Assembly (NCBI GenBank): GCA_021650915.1
Contig: CP091279.1
Span: 2,790,001 to 2,822,000, forward strand
DNA: 32,000 nt
Direction: 5' to 3'
DNA from: Candidatus Brocadia sp.
Lineage (GTDB): Bacteria > Planctomycetota > Brocadiia > Brocadiales > Brocadiaceae
Shown: piece after piece, positions 1-8,258 of the stretch
How the letters are laid out: each line of letters starts with the position of its first letter
Numbering within the stretch: position 1 is the first letter of the stretch
Notes under the pieces: model-generated
What the model saw: the letters and a program-made list of their open reading frames with translations, nothing else
What the model was told of the DNA's origin: nothing
The model's database searches: none
Translations under genes and position numbers: made by a program

Positions 1-166
1 CTTCTATTGAAAAAAGCACCGTGATGTGATACTATTGTTCAGTTAATTCAATAGATTCCGTGCCCGGTATCAGATATTATACTGATCGAACGCCCCTTGT
101 TTATTCCTTCACTTTGAAACAAATAATATTCCCGTGTTTCTTATGCTCTGCTCTGCGAAGTAAGCC

Positions 167-2056
167 ATGAAAAAAAATAGTATCTTTCGTGAATGTGCTG
201 CATTGTTGTCATTTGCAAAACCCTACCGGAAACATTTGGCGCTGACTATTATCAGCATGGTTATTTATACCTCAACAAGCGGTATCCAGATTTCGCTAAT
301 CAAACCTATTGTAGACAAACTGCTCCTGGGAAATACCAATACAGGTCTTTCGTTGCCAAAGATCGATATTGACCAGGAGGGTCAATCCCACAAAAATGCC
401 TCTCCTGTGAAACAGTTTAAAAAACAGGCCTTTTCCAAATTCACGTTTATAGAAAAAACGCGAAGACGCGCCACAAGTTCATTCACAAGCATTGGCATAA
501 CAATGGTAATCTTTGCCCCGATTCTTTTCCTTTCTTTTTATTTTCAGCAATACTACAGAAATTATGTCATGTGGGCTATTGTTGTGGATATACGGAACAA
601 GGTATGCGATCATATCCTTCCCCAGCCACTGAGCTTTTTTGAGAACAGAAAGAGTGGCGATCTCCTCTCCAGATTAACAAACGACATTGCAGTAACGCAG
701 TCGGGACTTACGGTCCTCTTTGATGATGTTTTGCTGCAGCCGCTGAAGTTGATTTGCGGATTGGCCCTGGCGTTTTATTTCAGCTGGAAGCTGTCTTTGT
801 TGGTTTTGATTGCCTTCCCTGTAATATTTATTCCCGTGCTGATCATGGGAAAGAAGATCAAGAAACACGGAAAGGGAAGTTTGCGGCATCTTTCTGACCT
901 CACCGACGCGCTCAGGGAAATGTTTGTGGGAATTCGAATTGTGAAGGCATTTAAGATGGAGGCTGAAGAAAGCCGCGAAATACATGAAATCAGCGATCGA
1001 TTCTTCACAAAAAGAATGAAATTGGTTAAGGCAAAGGCCGTCAACACGAGCACCAGTGAATTTGTGTATACCTTGGGACTTGCCCTTTTGATTATTCTGG
1101 GCGGGTATGTAATTATGTCCAGGAAAGTTACCCCCGGAGAGCTTGGTGGATTTATTACCGCTATGGGCTTTATGGTAATCACGACCGTCAAGAAACTGGC
1201 CAAAGGATATGCAAGTTTGCAGGAATCTCTGGCTGGTGTCAATAGGGTATTTGAACTCTTTACGATCGAGCCCACCATAAAAGATCATCCCGAAGCCGTT
1301 ACGCTGCAAAATATTCATGAGGGGATATCCTTTAACAATGTCAGTTTTTCCTATGATAATAGCAATGAATTTATCCTGAGAGATATTAATCTTACGATCA
1401 ACAAAGGAGAGGTGGTTGCTATTGTAGGCAAGAGCGGGGCCGGGAAATCGACACTGATAAATCTGATACCGCGTTTCTACGATCCTGTCAAAGGCAGTGT
1501 GGAAATTGATGGAATTGATATACGAAAAATTAAACACGAATCTCTTCTCGCACACATTGCCATCGTTTCGCAACAAACATTCCTGTTTAACCGCAGTCTG
1601 CGTGAAAATATTCTCTACGGAAGGAAGGATGCTTCACCTGAGGAAATTTATGCTGCAGCAAAATCTGCCAATATCCATGAATTTATTATCAATCTCCCTA
1701 AAGGGTACGATACCGTTGTGGGTGAACTGGGGGTAAAATTATCAGGCGGTCAACGGCAACGGATTGCCATTGCCCGTGCCATACTGAAAAATGCCTCAAT
1801 TTTACTTTTGGACGAGGCGACTTCGTCCCTGGACTATGAATCTGAAAAACTGGTGCAGGATGCACTCAACAACCTGATCGCCGGGAAAACAACCATCATC
1901 GTCGCCCATCGTCTTTCCACCATACTCCATTGCGACCGGATCATTGTAATGAAAAACGGAGCCATCGTCGAGACGGGAAGCCATGAATCCCTGATGTCAG
2001 AGGAGGGAGAATACAAGCGTGTTTATCAATTGCACTTTGATACGCTTCAGGCATGA
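167..2056 (+). CDS. ABC transporter, fused permease/ATP-binding protein (MsbA/lipid-exporter-like type I exporter)
   Basis: 629-aa ORF. The N-terminal half is hydrophobic (TMD). The C-terminal NBD has Walker A GKSGAGKST, ABC signature LSGGQRQR, Walker B ILLLDEATSSLD and H-loop IVAHRLST. Its stop overlaps the next start (ATGA at 2053-2056). Confidence 0.9.
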   Translation: MKKNSIFRECAALLSFAKPYRKHLALTIISMVIYTSTSGIQISLIKPIVDKLLLGNTNTGLSLPKIDIDQEGQSHKNASPVKQFKKQAFSKFTFIEKTRRRATSSFTSIGITMVIFAPILFLSFYFQQYYRNYVMWAIVVDIRNKVCDHILPQPLSFFENRKSGDLLSRLTNDIAVTQSGLTVLFDDVLLQPLKLICGLALAFYFSWKLSLLVLIAFPVIFIPVLIMGKKIKKHGKGSLRHLSDLTDALREMFVGIRIVKAFKMEAEESREIHEISDRFFTKRMKLVKAKAVNTSTSEFVYTLGLALLIILGGYVIMSRKVTPGELGGFITAMGFMVITTVKKLAKGYASLQESLAGVNRVFELFTIEPTIKDHPEAVTLQNIHEGISFNNVSFSYDNSNEFILRDINLTINKGEVVAIVGKSGAGKSTLINLIPRFYDPVKGSVEIDGIDIRKIKHESLLAHIAIVSQQTFLFNRSLRENILYGRKDASPEEIYAAAKSANIHEFIINLPKGYDTVVGELGVKLSGGQRQRIAIARAILKNASILLLDEATSSLDYESEKLVQDALNNLIAGKTTIIVAHRLSTILHCDRIIVMKNGAIVETGSHESLMSEEGEYKRVYQLHFDTLQA

Positions 2057-2928
2057 AGATACTTGTTCTTGGCTCACGGGGCATGCTTGGCAGGTCCCTG
2101 GTCAGCAGATTGCCCGGTTTTGCGAACACCTCATTTCCCCTTATCAAGGTTATTGCTGCACATTATGAGCATGTGGATATCACGCAAGGCTCAAATACGG
2201 CCAGATTCATAACGCAGACGATGCCGGACGTCATTGTTAACTGCGCCGCATTCACAAATGTGGATGCGTGCGAAACTCAGATATCAGAAGCCTTTGCTGT
2301 CAATGCAACAGGAGCAAAAAATATTGCGCTTGCAGGGAAAGAAACAGGCTCAAAGATTATCCACATCAGCACTGATTACGTATTCGATGGCACAAAGAAT
2401 CAATCCTACGCCGAAACGGACCGGCCTAATCCTGTTTCCATTTACGGTAAGTCAAAATATGAGGGAGAGCTTGCCATTCAGGAAATCAGCGATTTGTATG
2501 CGATTATCAGGACTGCATGGCTTTACGGTCAGTATAAAAAAAATTTTGTGACCACTATGCTGGATCTGGGAAAGAAGAACGGCTTCGTGTCTGTTGTGAC
2601 CGATCAGTTCGGTTCTCCAACCTATACGGCTGATTTGTCGTATGCTATTTGGAATGTCATCTCAAAAGACCTTCAGGGCATATATCATGTGGCGAACACC
2701 GGAATATGTTCACGTTATGAATGGGCAAGCAAGATCTTTGAACTAACCGGCGACAAGGTGTCAGTATTTCCCATGAAAACGGTGGATTACAAGCGAGCGG
2801 CTACAGTACCTCAGAATTCTTCCTTAAGCTGCTTAAAATACACCATGAAGAGCGGACATACCATGAGACCATGGCAAGAGGCGCTGGAAGAGTATCTTGG
2901 CACATTTCATTATCCGAATGCACGGTAA
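2053..2928 (+). CDS. rfbD: dTDP-4-dehydrorhamnose reductase (RmlD/RfbD family)
   Basis: 291 aa. N-terminal Rossmann motif MKILVLGSRGMLG, then STDYVFDG and the catalytic YGKSK (YxxxK), typical of RmlD. A 4-nt ATGA overlap with the upstream ABC gene suggests translational coupling. Confidence 0.85.
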   Translation: MKILVLGSRGMLGRSLVSRLPGFANTSFPLIKVIAAHYEHVDITQGSNTARFITQTMPDVIVNCAAFTNVDACETQISEAFAVNATGAKNIALAGKETGSKIIHISTDYVFDGTKNQSYAETDRPNPVSIYGKSKYEGELAIQEISDLYAIIRTAWLYGQYKKNFVTTMLDLGKKNGFVSVVTDQFGSPTYTADLSYAIWNVISKDLQGIYHVANTGICSRYEWASKIFELTGDKVSVFPMKTVDYKRAATVPQNSSLSCLKYTMKSGHTMRPWQEALEEYLGTFHYPNAR

Positions 2929-4013
2929 GACATTCCAAAGGTGTCGGCAACGGCCTTATTGGCGACACTTCCCTTTATCATGTTGATACCTCTCAGTATG
3001 GCAGGATTCTCCCGGGCTGCACGCTCGTAACCCTTGTCAGCGATTGCGATGGCGTAAGGCGTCGTTGCATTGGTCAATGCATGGGTTGATGTGTATGCAA
3101 CAGCGCCGGGAATGTTCGTCACACAGTAGTGAATAACATCGTATTCCCGGTAAATGGGATTGCTATGAGTCGTTGGTTTACTCGTTTCCACACACCCCCC
3201 CTGGTCTATAGCCACATCGACGATCACTGCACCGGGTTTCATCGTTTGAACCATTTCCCTGGTTACAACATGCGGGGCACGTGACCCTTCAATCAGCACG
3301 GCACCAATGAGCAAATCGGCATCACGTACCTTCTCCCGAATATTATGGATATTTGACATGAGCGTAACGACATTTTTAGGCATAATATCGTCCAAATACC
3401 GCAGCCGATCCAGGTTGATATCCAGGATAGTGACTCGTGCCCCAATTCCAGCGGCTACCTTGGCGGCATTGGAGCCTACGACACCGCCGCCTATGATAAC
3501 CACTTCAGCGGGAGCCACGCCAGGCACGCCGCCAAGCAGTATTCCCCGTCCATGCATGGGGTTTTCCAGGAATTTTGCTCCCTCCTGAATAGACATCCGT
3601 CCGGCCACCTCGCTCATAGGAGTCAGGATCGGGTGTTGCCCATGTTCATCCCGAATCGTTTCGTAAGCAATGGCTACTATTTTTGATTTTATTATAGTAT
3701 CTGTTAATTTTTTTGAAGCAGCAAAGTGGAAAAACGTGAAGACAATTTGGCCTTCTTTAAGGAAAGGATATTCCTCGGGCAAAGGTTCTTTTACCTTCAT
3801 TACGAACTGTGACTGATTATAAATCTCTTGAAATTTATCAACGAGTTTTGCCCCTGCCCGTGCATATTCCTCGTCTGAAATACCGCTTCCTAAACCGGCG
3901 CCCTTTTCTACTAACACGGTATGCCCGTGTTTCAGCATCTCTTCCACACCGGCGGGAATAAAAGCTACCCGATACTCATCTGGCTTAATTTCTTTCGGTA
4001 CACCAACAATCAT
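2910..4013 (-). CDS. ald: alanine dehydrogenase
   Basis: 367 aa. N-terminus MIVGVPKEIKPDEYRVA, NAD-binding VVIIGGGVVG, and Ald-like sequence along the full length. The 3' end overlaps the convergent rfbD by 19 nt. Confidence 0.9.
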   Translation of the reverse strand: MIVGVPKEIKPDEYRVAFIPAGVEEMLKHGHTVLVEKGAGLGSGISDEEYARAGAKLVDKFQEIYNQSQFVMKVKEPLPEEYPFLKEGQIVFTFFHFAASKKLTDTIIKSKIVAIAYETIRDEHGQHPILTPMSEVAGRMSIQEGAKFLENPMHGRGILLGGVPGVAPAEVVIIGGGVVGSNAAKVAAGIGARVTILDINLDRLRYLDDIMPKNVVTLMSNIHNIREKVRDADLLIGAVLIEGSRAPHVVTREMVQTMKPGAVIVDVAIDQGGCVETSKPTTHSNPIYREYDVIHYCVTNIPGAVAYTSTHALTNATTPYAIAIADKGYERAARENPAILRGINMIKGSVANKAVADTFGMSYRAFG

Positions 4014-4154
4014 CTGGGTTTTCTCTTCAAAAAGATTGTGTCGCCTGATAAAATCACATTAATTTTATTCTTCGTACATTCTCTGCCAATCGTAGTGTAC
4101 ACCGACGGCAATACTTGTCAAGTTTTTTATATTTGATGCCATCCTGTTAAAAAC

Positions 4155-5474
4155 ATGAAGACGTGCGCCTTTATCACGCTTGGTTGCAAGGTGAATCAAT
4201 ATGAGACCCAGGCGCTCCGGGAGTCCCTTGCAATGAAAGGATTCTTAGAAATCACTCCTGAACAAGCAGCCGATCTTTACGTGATCAATACCTGCACGGT
4301 CACGTCCACCAGCGATGAAAAATCACGCCAGTGCATTAAAAAGGTTCGAAAGAAAAACCCCCGGGCGACGGTTGTTGTTACCGGTTGTTATGCCGAGGCA
4401 GACGCTGAAACCATTAACAACATGGAAGGGGTAGACTATGTGATCACCAAGGCTCAAGAGGCACAGTTAGCGGAGATTGTCTGTAGGGACACGGTGCACC
4501 GTGTCCCTGCACAAAAAACAATCACGCCTTTAGCAAACTCAAATGCAACGGAAGATTCCATTTACCATCTTAAGATAAGCCAATTTGCCGGTCACACAAG
4601 GGCGTTCCTGAAGATTGAAGATGGTTGCGACATGTACTGTTCCTATTGTATTATCCCGTATGTTCGGGGCGGTATCAAGAGCCGGAGGCCACAAGAGATT
4701 CTTGAAGAGGCACGGCGTCTCATTGGAAATGGTTACAAGGAGATCATACTGACCGGTATTCATCTGGGGGCGTATGGCAAGGACATGCAGGGAAAATACC
4801 GGTTGCCGGATGTTGTTCATATGCTCAGCAATCTGTCGGGGCTGGGGAGGCTGCGCCTGAGCTCAGTTGAGATCAATGAAATAACCACCGACCTCATTGA
4901 CCTGTTCGTCCATACAAAAAAGATATGCCCCCACCTTCACATTCCGCTGCAAAGCGGTGACGATGTTATTCTCAGGAGGATGAACAGAAAATATACTTCA
5001 TCGCAATACATAGATATCCTGGAGGGCATTCGTGCAAAAATGCATGTACCATCCTTTACGACGGATGTCATTGTTGGCTTCCCCGGTGAAGAGGAGGCGC
5101 ACTTTCAAAACACCATGGATCTCTGTGAAAAGGCAGGCTTCGGCAGGATCCATATCTTTCCTTATAGCGCACGAGAAGGAACCCCGGCAGCAAAAATGAA
5201 AGACCACTGTCAACCACAAACCATCAGACAAAGAAAGGCACGGCTGGAGGCAGCAGCAAAAAATTTAGCTTTTTCCTACAAGAAGCAATTGGTAAATTCG
5301 TATGCAGAGGTACTCGTGGAGGCGGAGAGAGATCCCGAAACGAACCAATTATGTGGTTACTCAGAGCGGTACGTCAAGATCCTCTTTGACGGACCGGACA
5401 CTATGAAAAATTCAATTGTTTCGGTGCGGATAGGAGAAGTTGCTCCTTCATTTGTGTCGGGAAGTTTAGGATAA
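4155..5474 (+). CDS. mtaB: tRNA (N6-threonylcarbamoyladenosine37) methylthiotransferase MtaB (MiaB-like radical SAM)
   Basis: 439 aa. UPF0004 N-domain (AFITLGCKVNQYETQAL, resembling YqeV/MtaB), radical SAM cluster CDMYCSYC, and a C-terminal TRAM-like segment. Confidence 0.85.
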   Translation: MKTCAFITLGCKVNQYETQALRESLAMKGFLEITPEQAADLYVINTCTVTSTSDEKSRQCIKKVRKKNPRATVVVTGCYAEADAETINNMEGVDYVITKAQEAQLAEIVCRDTVHRVPAQKTITPLANSNATEDSIYHLKISQFAGHTRAFLKIEDGCDMYCSYCIIPYVRGGIKSRRPQEILEEARRLIGNGYKEIILTGIHLGAYGKDMQGKYRLPDVVHMLSNLSGLGRLRLSSVEINEITTDLIDLFVHTKKICPHLHIPLQSGDDVILRRMNRKYTSSQYIDILEGIRAKMHVPSFTTDVIVGFPGEEEAHFQNTMDLCEKAGFGRIHIFPYSAREGTPAAKMKDHCQPQTIRQRKARLEAAAKNLAFSYKKQLVNSYAEVLVEAERDPETNQLCGYSERYVKILFDGPDTMKNSIVSVRIGEVAPSFVSGSLG

Positions 5475-6086
5475 ATGCAAGAATTAAAATATGCTATAAA
5501 ATACCTGAAGCACGTGATAACGAAAGTTTCCTACATCGTTATTCTTGTTCTGGGTATCTTTCATAACTCTTTTTTGTTTGGGCTGCCGGCCGACGATGTC
5601 ATACCGCTCACGGACGGAGACTATTACCCGCAGGTGCACCAGGCATTGGCTACCGCAAAGAAATCAATCATGTGCGTCATGTACATGGCTGATATTAATC
5701 CAAAATATAAACAGGGATGGGAATATAACCTGGTCAATGACCTTATCAACGCCCACAGGCGTGGGATAAGCGTAACGGTTATTTTTGATCAGAATGTCAT
5801 GTTTTGGGAAACTGGGAAAAAAGGGAAGAAAACGGAAAGAAAAAGCGAAAATGCATATGAACTGCTCAAGAAGAATGGCGTCCCTGTGTATTACGACAGT
5901 ATCGACCGGGTTACCCATAGTAAGATAATGATCATCGATGACTATATTACCATTGTGGGCAGCACGAACTGGACATATAGCGCGCTGAGGAAAAACCATG
6001 AGGCATCCGTCTTAATAAAATCACGCAGTGTGGCAGAGGAATTTCTTGAAAAGCTTAGGACAATTTCGAAATACCAACCAAAGTGA
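5475..6086 (+). CDS. phospholipase D superfamily protein, single HKD motif (Nuc-like nuclease/phospholipase), N-terminal membrane anchor
   Basis: 203 aa. HKD motif HSKIMIIDDYITIVGSTNWT, and an N-terminal hydrophobic helix VSYIVILVLGIFHNSFLFGL. The ATG directly abuts the mtaB stop (TAA-ATG at 5472-5477). Confidence 0.75.
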   Translation: MQELKYAIKYLKHVITKVSYIVILVLGIFHNSFLFGLPADDVIPLTDGDYYPQVHQALATAKKSIMCVMYMADINPKYKQGWEYNLVNDLINAHRRGISVTVIFDQNVMFWETGKKGKKTERKSENAYELLKKNGVPVYYDSIDRVTHSKIMIIDDYITIVGSTNWTYSALRKNHEASVLIKSRSVAEEFLEKLRTISKYQPK

Positions 6087-6186
6087 TAGGCAAAGCAAAG
6101 AGATCTAACCAAGGAGAACACGGTGGGCACAGAGAAAAGCAGGGAAGCTGAAATAATAGTTTTTGTGATACAAATGGAGGATATTT

Positions 6187-6417
6187 ATGATATCTGTTAA
6201 GGGAATATTCGATGGAAAAAAGGTTAAGTTCCTTGAGGAAGTTGATATTAATGAACCTCAGGAAGTTATAATCACTTTTTTGGGCACAAGCAAAGACGAA
6301 TCATTATATCAGGAAATATACAAAATCGCTGAAACGAGCGGTAGTTTCGATTTTTTAAATGCACCAGAAGAAGATATTTATTCTGATGCCGACTTGAAAG
6401 TAAAGTATTCAAAATGA
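6187..6417 (+). CDS. putative antitoxin (small MazE/AbrB- or AF2212-like protein) of a MazF-type TA pair
   Basis: 76 aa. N-terminus MISVKGIFDGKKVKFLEEVDI...EVIITFL resembles small antitoxins. GGAGGA RBS upstream. ATGA overlap with the downstream PemK/MazF-like ORF. Confidence 0.5.
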   Translation: MISVKGIFDGKKVKFLEEVDINEPQEVIITFLGTSKDESLYQEIYKIAETSGSFDFLNAPEEDIYSDADLKVKYSK

Positions 6418-6605
6418 CTAAAGGAACTATTGTATTAACACCATTTCCGTTTACTGATTTATCTGCTATAAAGAGACGTCCGGCAGTAATTGTTTCGAGT
6501 TCTGAAAAGACTGAGATTAACTTTTGGGCTGTGATTTTTGAAATACAAAATGTTTACAAAATAACCATTAGCATGACCGGAAACACTTTAAAAGGAAGGC
6601 GGTAG
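6414..6605 (+). pseudogene. truncated PemK/MazF-family toxin
   Basis: The first ~33 aa (KGTIVLTPFPFTDLSAIKRRPAVIVSS) match the MazF/PemK N-terminus. The sequence then diverges and stops at 63 aa, against ~110 aa expected. Noncoding AT-rich DNA follows. Confidence 0.55.
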
Positions 6606-6903
6606 GTATATTGAGCATGAATACTTACCCTTTTTTCTTGATATCACTCAATTTGTATTGTTAACATGTTAGAATTGCAGGACTGAGAATTTTATACGTC
6701 AATAGTTATTAATCGTCTCATAATAGAACACACATTAAGCTGTCCGTTTAGCGCTTCAATATTGGAGAAGGAAAGCATACGACGAATCAATACAATTATG
6801 AGACCCTTAATATGTTAATTTTTCCTTGATTTACCCTGTCCTCTTTGTCAAATTAAAGAAAACTTGTTAATAACATAGTTCGACACTCAGAAGAAATACA
6901 GAC

Positions 6904-7338
6904 ATGAGCAACCCGAAGCCACGGAAGAAAAAACGCAAATCGGGTATCCCCACGGGAAACGCTGGCGAGTACTTCGTGATGGGAGAGCTGTTGCGGCGCG
7001 GATTTGATGCCCAGCTGGCTGATCGCAATACGAAGAACTACGACATTCTTGTCGGTCTTCCCTCCGACAAAGTTTTGAAGAAGTTACAGGTCAAGACCGT
7101 GCGGTCTGCACCTTGGTACGTCAAGACCGCAAGCTATTCAGATGATCTTGCTGCCCAGTTGACTATCTTCGTCCTCCTGGGTGACGAAAAAGCTCAGAAG
7201 CAGGTGCGCTATTTCATAACCAGAAACAATGAAGTCGCAAGACACGTTCATCACCCGCAGAACTGGAAGAACAATGGTTTCATGCCTCTCAACGCGATCA
7301 AAGAGTATGAAGATCGGTGGGAAATATTTGCTGATTAA
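6904..7338 (+). CDS. hypothetical protein, Hjc/PD-(D/E)XK nuclease-fold-like with polybasic N-terminal tail
   Basis: 144 aa. The pattern GNAGEYFVMGELLRRGF...YDILV...LQVKT fits the E...D...(E/Q)xK layout of archaeal Hjc/DUF4365-type nucleases. N-terminal tail PKPRKKKRKSG. About 300 bp of AT-rich noncoding DNA lies upstream. Confidence 0.45.
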   Translation: MSNPKPRKKKRKSGIPTGNAGEYFVMGELLRRGFDAQLADRNTKNYDILVGLPSDKVLKKLQVKTVRSAPWYVKTASYSDDLAAQLTIFVLLGDEKAQKQVRYFITRNNEVARHVHHPQNWKNNGFMPLNAIKEYEDRWEIFAD

Positions 7339-7377
7339 ACAAAGGTGTCGAACCAACAGGTCCACCGTACCCAGTAA

Positions 7378-7393
7378 GGCGCGCAGACGCGCC
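7378..7393 (+). terminator. GC-only hairpin (GGCGCG-caga-CGCGCC) 40 nt downstream of the 144-aa ORF; possible terminator without a U-tract
   Basis: A perfect 6-bp G/C stem with a tetraloop is visible in the sequence. No T-run follows, so function is uncertain. Confidence 0.25.
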
Positions 7394-7451
7394 TCACTGG
7401 TCCGGTGACCTGAATCGTTAAGCAGTAGTATCAAACCTTCATAACTCGTAC

Positions 7452-7488
7452 ATAACCAAAAGTTGAATGCGGCTTTTGAGAGATGAAT
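7452..7488 (+). repeat. copy A of a ~37-nt hairpin-capable repeat upstream of the DUF433 genes
   Basis: ATAACCAAAAG-n10-GCTTTTG... aligns without gaps to 8117-8153 (26/36 identical). The CAAAAG/CTTTTG stem is conserved and the loop differs. It lies ~100 nt upstream of the DUF433 start at 7556. Confidence 0.5.
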
Positions 7489-7555
7489 GCTCCTTTTAGG
7501 ATTTTCGTATGCCAAAAATTATAAATCCTATTTCTAATTCAGGAGGAAAATAAAG

Positions 7556-7750
7556 ATGGATTGGAGAAATCATATTGTAAGCGCACCCGATGTGCTACGA
7601 GGTGAGCCCCGGATCAAGGAAACTAGAATTCCTGTTAGTCTTATCCCTGGATATTGAGCGGCCGGCGAAACCTCTGAGGAGATCATAGGAGAATTTCCTG
7701 GTATTATAAAAGAACAAATTGCAGCTTGTTTGGATTATGCCCGTCAGTAG
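7556..7750 (+). pseudogene. DUF433 family (antitoxin-like) gene interrupted by an in-frame TGA at codon 34
   Basis: AGGAGG RBS 9 nt upstream. Translation is MDWRNHIVSAPDVLRGEPRIKETRIPVSLIPGY*AAGETSEEIIGEFPGIIKEQIAACLDYARQ. Both halves match the DUF433 pattern (DPxxxxGxPxIxxTRIxV...AG.S.EEI...YP.L). The TGA at 7655-7657 is in frame. Confidence 0.65.
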
Positions 7751-7773
7751 TCTGAATTTGAGGTCACTGTTTA

Positions 7774-7977
7774 ATGGCTTTAAGATTCTTTGCGGATCAC
7801 TGCATATCCAATGTTATAATCAAAACACTTCAGGATGCAGGTAACGAAGTATTGAGATTAAGAGATTATATTTCTTCAGATTCAACCGATCAAATTGTAA
7901 TCTCAAAAGCAGTCGAGAGTGATGCCGCAAAAAGGGAGAAGCGGAAGCAGGAGAGAGACAAAGACATCAGACATTGA
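7774..7977 (+). pseudogene. truncated DUF5615 (PIN-like/Mut7-C type) toxin partner of DUF433
   Basis: MALRFFADHCISNVIIKTLQDAGNEVLRLRDY...DQIVISKA resembles the DUF5615 N-terminus. After ~50 aa it runs into a purine-rich low-complexity tail (AAKREKRKQERDKD) and stops at 67 aa, against ~110-120 expected. It starts 24 nt after the DUF433 gene. Confidence 0.5.
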
Positions 7978-8116
7978 TTATTGAATATGCCTCACAATAC
8001 CAAAACAACAGGTATCAATTTCGCCCTCTGCATGAAGCAGTGGATTCTTGCCTTTTGATTTTTTGAAGATAAGGCAAGCGAAAATAGAACTACTTTCATA
8101 ATTTACAAAATCATTT

Positions 8117-8153
8117 ATAACCAAAAGGCGAAATTAGCTTTTGTGAAATAGAA
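8117..8153 (+). repeat. copy B of the ~37-nt hairpin-capable repeat upstream of the DUF433 genes
   Basis: See copy A. It lies ~140 nt upstream of the ATG at 8259. A third ACCAAAAG occurrence sits inside the small palindrome GACCAAAAGGTC at 8200-8211. Confidence 0.5.
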
Positions 8154-8258
8154 GTAATACCGGAATCTCATAAGCTTAAAGTACATTAATTTAGCCAAAG
8201 ACCAAAAGGTCGTTAAGGAAGACTTTAAAAGGACGAATAAATTGATAAGGAGAAGGTT

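Noticed and set aside
674-1576. 300-aa ORF (and a nested 167-aa ORF) antisense to the ABC transporter gene
   Set aside because: It lies entirely within a well-supported CDS on the opposite strand and has no recognisable motif. The translation is low-complexity and odd in composition, as expected of chance antisense frames.
7138-7515. 125-aa minus-strand ORF overlapping the 3' end of the 144-aa gene and the downstream gap
   Set aside because: No RBS and no recognisable family. Half of it is antisense to a better-supported ORF. The non-overlapping part (7339-7515) could be a gene remnant, but I cannot support that.
7928-7966. Purine-rich tract (GCAAAAAGGGAGAAGCGGAAGCAGGAGAGAGACAAAGACA) at the end of the truncated DUF5615 ORF
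   Set aside because: It is not a clean repeat or triplex-type mirror. It is more simply explained as junk sequence replacing the lost 3' half of the gene.
8047-8078. 8-bp hairpin CTTGCCTT-n16-AAGGCAAG in the gap before the second DUF433 locus
   Set aside because: The stem is short, the loop is large, and there is no adjacent U-tract on either strand. That is not enough to call a terminator or RNA element.
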